Below, piece after piece: positions 54,101 to 62,654 of a DNA stretch of 64,000 nt. The stretch lies in IMG/VR virus record IMGVR_UViG_3300042387_000948, positions 143,030 to 207,029 of that record. One strand, written 5' to 3'. The notes below the pieces were generated by a model, which saw nothing but the letters and a program-made list of their open reading frames with translations, had not been told where the DNA came from and did not search any database. A program made the position numbers and the translations under genes. Each line of letters begins with the position of its first letter. The stretch's first letter is position 1.

Positions 54101-57100
54101 CTCATATAAGCAATAGTTTCATCAACTATGAATTTAGAGTTACTTACTAATAGATTATATGCCGAATTTATTTTTGTATTTGTATTTGCTATTGGGAATG
54201 TTGATGGTCTAAATCCAATTGAGCTTGTACCATTGTTCAATAACACATCAATTACTAAAGATAAGGATGCTGATATTAATTTACCTTGCAATCTTGCTCC
54301 ACCACTTCCACTTATAATTTGTGGTGTGTTGGTTATCTTAATACTTGCCGATGTATTTGATACAATTGTTGGAAGTAACGATGTTCCATTTTCTACAATA
54401 TCCAAAACAATTCCAAAACCAGATGATACTTTATTTATTTCAAATTGCCCAGCAGTTTGTGTATTTGCAGTTGGTAGTAATCCCGTCTTTGTAATTGAAC
54501 CACTGGCATTTGTTACCAATGTAGGAATTGAACCAGTACCATTTGCAATTATATTAACTACAGTTCCAAATGAAGAACTTACAACATTTGTTTCGGTTGG
54601 ATATGTTCCAATTCCAATTATTTGAGAATCTGAACTAATATTCCATAAGTTTGGATTATTTAGATTAAATCCATATAACGATGGAAAATTAGAAACTAAT
54701 GAATCAGGTAAAGATGATGAACCATTCTCAATAATATCAGTAATCAAATTAAATGAAGCAGTAATTAAACCAATTTCACTACCACTAGCTGAATTAGATG
54801 CTGTGATTGGAAAAATGTTATTTACTTTTATTCTACTTTCAACATTTGATACAATTGATGGTTTTACTTCAACACCACCCTCAATAATTTTAGTTACAAT
54901 ACTAAATGATGAAGAAACATTTGTTACTTCAGTAGAACTTCCACTATTGGCAGATGTTAATTGAATTACATCAGATACTTTTATGTTACCATCCGTATTT
55001 TTACCAAAATTAATTGTATCTAATGTAATATTTGATACTAATTTGTTCACTAAACTATTTGCATAATCTATTGAATCTATTGTTTGTCCTTTTTGCTCTA
55101 CCGAAGTTGCTTTTGATGGGAATTTGTAATAATATACACCAGATTCCACACTACGTTCGTTTCCACCATAAACAATATCAGTTGCTACACTATCTACAAT
55201 AAATCCAACATCTCTACTACAAGAAGCTTGGTTATATACCAAATTAGGATAAAATGCGTTAGTGTATTGAATAGTTTCTGTTTGGATAAACTCTCTATTT
55301 GCTTGTACTAAATTTCTTACATTTAATTTTTCGTTTGAAGCAGTTACAAATGTATTACCTAATACAATTTTTTGAGCCAAACCACTACCATACTTAATAC
55401 CAGTAATTGTTGGGTCTAATTGATTTGTTACAGAAGGAACACCACCAACAGTTGCTGCCGATGGATATAAGTAATAGAATCTACCGGCAGTTATTGTTCT
55501 TTCGTTACCACCATATACCAAATCGGTTCTTACTGCATCAATAATATATTTTACATCTCTCTTACATTTAATCTCATCATATTGAACACCTCTCCAAGAA
55601 GAACTTACATAAGCAACCACTTCTTCAGAAATTAAATTTTTATTTAACGATAATAAATTACTAGCATTTGTTTTGTTTTGTGAAGCAGTTACAAAAGTAG
55701 TACCAACAACAACTTTTTGTGTTATTCTACTTGCGTAATCGATACCATCAATTGTTTGTATTAATTGAGAACCAGTTGCTTGGGATGGGTATAAATAATA
55801 AAATGCACCAGCCGTTACACTTCTCTCATTTCCACCATATACTAAATCCGTTCTTACTGCATCAATTACGTGTCCAATATCTCTCTTACACTTAACATCA
55901 TTATAATCAAAATTACCCCACGAAGATGATAAGTAAGCAATAGTTTCACTTTGAATAAATTCTCTATTGTTTTTTAATTGTAATGATGCATTTTGTACTT
56001 CGGTATTTGCAAAAGAATAAACTATATTTTGTAAAGTTTTTTGTGCTAATTTACTAGCATACTTTATACCATCTACAGTTTGATTTAATTGAGAACCAGT
56101 TGCTGCTGATGGATATTCTAAATAGTATTTTCCATTTACTAATGATGCTGAATATGAATTATATAATAAATCTTCCGCTGCTCCATTTACAATTAAACCA
56201 ATATCTCTACTACAACTTACATCATTAAATACAAACCCATTCCAAGAAGAAGATAGATAAGCAATAGTTTCTGCCTGAATAAATGGAATGTTTTGTTTTA
56301 ATAAATTATATGCATAATATACAACTATATTATTAGATGCGGATACATATGATGATGTTGGTAATAATAATGATGATGTTACTCCACTATTTCCACTTAA
56401 AATATCAACTACCAATGATATTGATGCTGATATTAAAGTTGCTTCAGCAGATGTACCACTAAATGATGATGAAATGTATTGTGGTGTATTCGTTACTTTA
56501 ATACTTTGTGATGTATTTAGGGTAATTGTAGGAACTACACCTAACCCATTTTTAATAATATTTTTAATTGTTTCAACCGATGAACTAATTGCAGTTGCTT
56601 GTGTTTGAGTTGCATTACTACCAGTCCATTGAGTTACATTTGTAACTTTAATACTTTGTGATGTATTTGATTGAAATGTAGGTATTGAACCTGTTCCATT
56701 TTGTACAATGTTTATAATTGTACCAATAGAAGAACTAATTAAATTAGCTTCTGCTTGAGTTGCGGATGAGGCGGTTGTTAAAGTTAAACCACTTACAATA
56801 ATCAAATCAGATTGAGATGAAGTTATAGCAGGTGATGTTGAACTTCCACTTTGAATAATTGAAGTAATTATATCAAATTTAGTATTAATTGAAGATGTTA
56901 AATTAGCAGAAGATGTTGTTGATGTTATTTGAACACCATTTGTAATATTTAATGGATTTGTATTACTCCAATTTTGTCCATTATTTTGTGCTAAAATTGA
57001 AGGTATTACCGAAATACCTCTTTTTACAATTGATTCTATTATAGTAAACGAACTACTAACATAATTTTGTTGAGTCACACTTCCACTAAAAGATGATGTT

Positions 57101-60100
57101 TGATTTGTTAAAGATGATAATCTAAAATTCTTCTCATCATTAAAAACAATACGTGGGGTATCTAATATTTGATTTTGAACAATAGTATCTCCAATAATTT
57201 TTGCATATCTAATACCAGCAATAGTTGATGTTCTTTGAGTTGTAGTTGCTAAAGATGGATAATCGTAATAATATCTACCAGCAGTTACACCTCTTTCAAT
57301 TCCACCATATAATAAATCGGTTGCTATATTATCAACAATATACCCAACATCTCTTTTACAAGTTGCTTGATTATATTTTAAGTTTGGAAATGAAACATTA
57401 ATAAATTGAATTGTTTCGTTTTGAATTAATTCTTTATTGTTTATTAAATTGTTGTATGCAGATAATGTTGTTGCATCGGGAGCTGTAAATGGTTTTTGTT
57501 TTAATAAATTATTAATCAATCCACCAGCATATCTAATACCATCCGCAGTTTGTCCTAATTGTCCAACACCATCACCATCACCTCGTACGATTGCCAATGA
57601 TGGAAATTGATAATAGTACTCACCAGCAATTATACTTCTTTCATTTCCACCATATTTTGCATCAGTTGCTACTGCATCTAAAATGTACCCAACATCACGT
57701 CTACATTTTTCCTCATTATAATAAAAATTAGACCAAGATGATGATAAATAAGTTATTACTTCATTTTGTACAAATGTTTTGTTATCTCTAATAGTATCCC
57801 AAACATCATCTGCTTCCGTTGATGGTTCTGTATAAACTTTACCTCTAATTAAATTTAGTGACACTCCGGCTGCATGTTTCATAGCAGTTAATGTTGGTCC
57901 TAATTGTGTAGTTATTGCTTCGGATGGAAATTGATAATAAAATAAACCATTTCTAATACTTTCTTCGTTACCTCCAAAAAGTAGGTCTTTTGCTACACCA
58001 TCTACAATATATCCAACATCTCTTTTACAGGTTTCTTCCAAATATGAAAACCCACTCCAAGACGATGATACGAATTGTATTACCTCATCTTTGATAAATT
58101 CTTTGTTATTTACTAATATTTCATATGCTGTTACAACATCAATGTTTGTTTTAGCTATTGAACTACTTTGTATTGTAGCTGGATATGTTAATGTATTCTT
58201 AATTAAGTCAAATGGTGTTGTGGATGAATTTATTATATCAATCGTACCCCCCATTGAACTTCTATTCTGCGATACATAATATAATCTATTTGGTGCGTTA
58301 TAAGGTACTGTAAATGTTATTGTACCTCTACTATCACCATTATTTACCATACCAATATTATAATCATATTTTTCAGTAATACCTTCTAATTGTTCTGTTC
58401 TAATCCAAAAAGGATATTCAATTCCACCAAAATCTTCTATCGCATCTACGTTAAATTTGTAGGTTTCTCCTCTAAATAAAGTTAATGTAGGATTATTGCC
58501 AATTCCTTCAAAATTAAATGAAGAACTATTATTATTTGTTATTACAAAAGATTTTTGGTGATTAGCCGGTATTGGTAAAATATTACTACCAGTACCATTT
58601 GCTAAAATATTATAAACAATGCTAAAACTTGCACTTACGGAATTTATTGTTGCTAAAGATGATGTTACACCAAGCATGGTTTGGTCGGTAGTTCCCCCCT
58701 TTATACTACCACTTGCATTTGCTACATAAGTTGGTTTAACAGAAACACCCTTTGTAATAATATTAAGTACTGTACCAAATGATGAACTTACACTTGACGT
58801 AAGTGGAGATTCATTTGCTATTGGTTGAATCGTATCGTTACCAATTTTTCTACTAGCACTAGTGTTAGATTTAAAGTTAAATGAACCAGTACCATTTGCT
58901 AATATACTTAACAAAGCTGCATATGATGCACTTGTAGTATTTAAATCATGTTGAGTAGCTGATATTGATGATGTTATTTGTTGTGCTCCTAAAATATTAT
59001 ATGGAGAATCAAATCCATATCCTTTTATAGAACTTTTTGCTAATAAAGTTGGGAAATTAGATACACCTTTATCAACAATTTCACTTATTAATTTATAATC
59101 CGAAGATATTTCATCTGCGGCAGCAGTTGATAATGTTGTTGTTGCCGGTACTCTACTTTGTGTGTATAATACAGGTGAAGTTAAACGAATACCCTCATCA
59201 GTATTTAATTTTGTTATGGTTGGTAATCCGTTTTCCAATCCTTTGTTAAGAACATCAACAACACAACTCCAAGTTCCTCTTACACTATCTCTAGCTGCAA
59301 TGTTACCACCACTGCCAGAAATAAAACGAGAACCAGATGCATACATACCATACAAACCAAATGAAATATTTGAGTTGTTTAGTGTAGCATGTCCACCATT
59401 GTTTACTCTAATAGAATAGTATGAAAAGTTATTAAAGAAAGATACCAACTGAATAAAACCTCTACCATTAACCAAACACCCAACTCCGTTTGGAGAAATT
59501 TGAGTGTAGGCATCTAATACCATTGAAGCCAATGGTGAATCTGGGTCTACCACATCACCATTAACATAAAGACCACCACCACCCGGTGGAATATCCTCAT
59601 AGAGTTCCGTAAATGAGTTCTCCTGATTCGAAATCTGCGAGCAGTTCTGAATGTATGGGGAAGTTGTTATGAACGCTCCTGGTTGAAATGCCACAGCAAA
59701 TCCTCTTTCAGGATTTATTTGGTCTGGGAATAATCTCAAACCACCCATAGTTACCTCTGCAATATAACATCCAGAGTTTACATGAAATAGGTCTTCTGTT
59801 GGACTTTTAGCGTTAATTTTAGTAATACGCAAACCAGCACCCCAAATACTTGTGTTTTTTGGAAGTATTACAGGATTATCTTCCAAATATGTTCCTGCTT
59901 GTACTTTAATTACATATCCATTAAATACAGAACCAGTATCAAAACCATATCTACCATCATAACCAGGTGTTGCTAATGATGCTGCTTTTTTAATTGTACG
60001 AAGTGGGTATTGAATACTTCTACCATCATTTGAATCATCTCCATCGGTTGAAGATACATAAAGTGTAGGTAAATTTGCACCAAAATCTCTAGAACGAATC

Positions 60101-60393
60101 CCATCGTACAATATAGTATCTTCTGCTAATAATGCGTTAGATGCAGTTGCAGATAATAACGTTAAGTTAGCAAGATTTAATTCACCATCAATAATTAAAG
60201 AACCTGTAAGAAAAACCGAACCAGTAATTTCACCCCTATCAGTTAATTCATTTCCTAAAAAGAAATCATTATCAACCTGTAAAGAACTACTAAATAGGGC
60301 ACTTCCAGTAACAATTAAATCTCCACCAATTCGTAATGAACCGGATAGGTCTTGTTGTTCTTCAATTTGTTTACGAGGTATTAATCTTGCCAT
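51190..60393 (-). CDS. Giant virion protein (3067 aa): beta-helix region plus 15 phycobiliprotein-like helical repeats
   Basis: [14 protein letters not shown]...[16 protein letters not shown] and SPYIQNCS (pectate-lyase-like beta-helix start); 15 CxRD...DL.YGGN repeats; C-terminal [13 protein letters not shown]...TPFSLAL. Confidence 0.8.
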   Translation of the reverse strand: [3067 protein letters not shown]

Positions 60394-60776
60394 TATACTA
60401 TTTCTGCTATTTTTCCTTTAACTTCAAAATCTATTGCTCTAACATCAGCTGGTACTCTTGTTATATCAGCTATAAATGTTATTATTATATCATTATTATT
60501 TGCAATTATATTATATCTATCTTGTGGTTGTTTTACTCCATATAAATACACATCAACATAATCTTTTACATTATCAACTTCCAAAATATCAAAAATAAAT
60601 CTTTTACTTCTCAAACTTAGTGTAAAATAAATGCCATCCGTTAATACTATATCGGTTGGAAAATAACTATATGTAAATGTGTCTGTATTAACTTTTAATA
60701 CAAAATCTTTAAATCCTAACCTATCTCTCCTTTTAAGAGTTGTTCCTAAATCAATATTTGGTACTTTTCTGCTCAT
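60393..60776 (-). CDS. Hypothetical virion protein
   Basis: DVYLYGV...I.F...VKGKI C-terminal pattern shared with both upstream neighbours. Confidence 0.55.
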   Translation of the reverse strand: MSRKVPNIDLGTTLKRRDRLGFKDFVLKVNTDTFTYSYFPTDIVLTDGIYFTLSLRSKRFIFDILEVDNVKDYVDVYLYGVKQPQDRYNIIANNNDIIITFIADITRVPADVRAIDFEVKGKIAEIV

Positions 60777-61129
60777 TTGAATTTTTCTACGTCTCCGTTT
60801 ATTTTAACTTCATCAGTTTCATCGATAGTATATGGGTCACCAAACCTATCTAATTCTGGAAATTGAGTTCTTATAAATTTTATATAAAAATCGTTTCCAA
60901 TCATTCCAAAAATATAATCAGTATCTCTTATAAATAATCCATTTATAAAAACATCAAATCTTGCGGATGGCTTTCTTAAATTTTCTAATTTTGAAAATAA
61001 AGTTTTTACTCTAACGCCATCTACTTTAAAAATCCAATAAAAGGGATGTTCTAAATCATAAGCAAATAATTCAAACTCATTTGGAGCATTGACTTCTTTC
61101 ATTATGTTTTTTAATTGTGTTATGTTCAT
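60773..61129 (-). CDS. Hypothetical virion protein
   Basis: FDVFINGLFI...DETDEVKING, similar to the C-terminal domain of 61126..62190. Confidence 0.55.
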   Translation of the reverse strand: MNITQLKNIMKEVNAPNEFELFAYDLEHPFYWIFKVDGVRVKTLFSKLENLRKPSARFDVFINGLFIRDTDYIFGMIGNDFYIKFIRTQFPELDRFGDPYTIDETDEVKINGDVEKFK

Positions 61130-62190
61130 AGTTCTTGGAATTTACCAGTTATAGCAACTTCGTCTTGAGAATCTAATGTAAATGATAATGCAGTAAACGT
61201 AAATATTATTTCTTTAGTTGCCCCATTATATGAATATGTATAAGCAGATGGGGAAATAAAATCACCATTTATATAAATTCTAAACCAATTTACAATATCA
61301 AACACACCAATTAATTCGGATGGAAGTATTGGTTTTCTAACATTAGTCAATTTAACGGTAGTACCATTTACAAATTCTGCCATTTGTGAACCTCTAACTG
61401 CTACAAAATCAATTACCTGTGCATATTCATTATAAAGAGATGGTTGACTTCCTAATATACCACCGGTTAAATCTGTCTCAATCCCAAATACCACTTTTTT
61501 AGCAGTAAATGATTTTTTAACAGTTGGTTTATTGGAATGTTCGGCAGGTAATAGATATGCATTTACTACCATAGTAAATACAGTACGAATTATTCTTTCA
61601 GTACCATCCCCAACTTCTTGTTGATTATCAAATGAATCTATTCGGGTTCTAAATTTATATCCATCTTTACTTCCCCAATATCTATCAGTTGCATATTGAA
61701 ATTGTTCTACTATTTGATTCATATGTTCCGTAAATGATGTCCAAATCATTACTTCATATGTCACAGTAACATAAGATGGCATTGCAACATCATATTGTTC
61801 ATACGATGGATTTGCATTATTTTGTAAACTAAATCTTTCGTATCTATTTCTTTTTGAATATTTTTGTATAGATGGCATCGATACACCATCTTTAAAATTA
61901 GTAATAGATGAATCTCTTTCAATTGAGTTTCTTTTAAACATTACTAATGGTATTTGTATTCTACCTCTAACATCTCTTAAATACCCGTCCTTTCTAGCAT
62001 TATTCCATCTTTCCGAATTACCATATATTAATGGAACTTTTATAGGAGAACCATTTTCTTCCAATTCAGGTATAATTGTATTAACCATATAATCGGCAAT
62101 AGTAGTATCAATATCAATTAAGTTTACACTTCTTTGAACTTCTTTTTCTATTGGAATTTGATTTGCTCTATTTGTTTCTCGTATGTCCAT
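61126..62190 (-). CDS. Tail completion / sheath stabiliser (gp15-like) with a C-terminal extra domain
   Basis: KVPLIYGNSERW, PSYVTVTYEVMIWT...MNQIVEQ; follows the neck genes. Confidence 0.7.
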   Translation of the reverse strand: MDIRETNRANQIPIEKEVQRSVNLIDIDTTIADYMVNTIIPELEENGSPIKVPLIYGNSERWNNARKDGYLRDVRGRIQIPLVMFKRNSIERDSSITNFKDGVSMPSIQKYSKRNRYERFSLQNNANPSYEQYDVAMPSYVTVTYEVMIWTSFTEHMNQIVEQFQYATDRYWGSKDGYKFRTRIDSFDNQQEVGDGTERIIRTVFTMVVNAYLLPAEHSNKPTVKKSFTAKKVVFGIETDLTGGILGSQPSLYNEYAQVIDFVAVRGSQMAEFVNGTTVKLTNVRKPILPSELIGVFDIVNWFRIYINGDFISPSAYTYSYNGATKEIIFTFTALSFTLDSQDEVAITGKFQEL

Positions 62191-62651
62191 TATACTACCC
62201 TCATTTCGGTTTGAATTGAACTTTTTCTACTCATAAATGTTGAACAAATAATTGAGAAATGTTCCTGGTCACCAGTTCTACCACCTATCAATTGGTCTTC
62301 TCTCACATTATCAATTTCAAAGTAAGCATCATTATGAAAAATAATATCTCCAATTTCAGGATAAAATCCAGTATCTTTCAATGTAAATCTATTAAAACGA
62401 AAATCTACAGTTTGCCCCTGGTCAGAACCAAATCCTTCATAAGTTGCAGTTGTATCCTGTCTTTCAATCATAGCGTTACATTCAACACCCGAATAATAGG
62501 TTTTGGAAAGTGATTCTCCATAAAGATTTGTTTTTGAATTTTCTATGACAAGTTTATATAGTACAACAGCCGTAGTTACAACTGCATCTACTAATTCTCT
62601 TGATATTCCCTCGAAAAAATTTATATCACGTTGAAGTGTAAAGCGAGCCAT
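62190..62651 (-). CDS. Head closure / neck protein (gp14-like)
   Basis: NLYGES, YPEIGDII...YFEI. Confidence 0.7.
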   Translation of the reverse strand: MARFTLQRDINFFEGISRELVDAVVTTAVVLYKLVIENSKTNLYGESLSKTYYSGVECNAMIERQDTTATYEGFGSDQGQTVDFRFNRFTLKDTGFYPEIGDIIFHNDAYFEIDNVREDQLIGGRTGDQEHFSIICSTFMSRKSSIQTEMRVV

Positions 62652-62654
62652 ATT

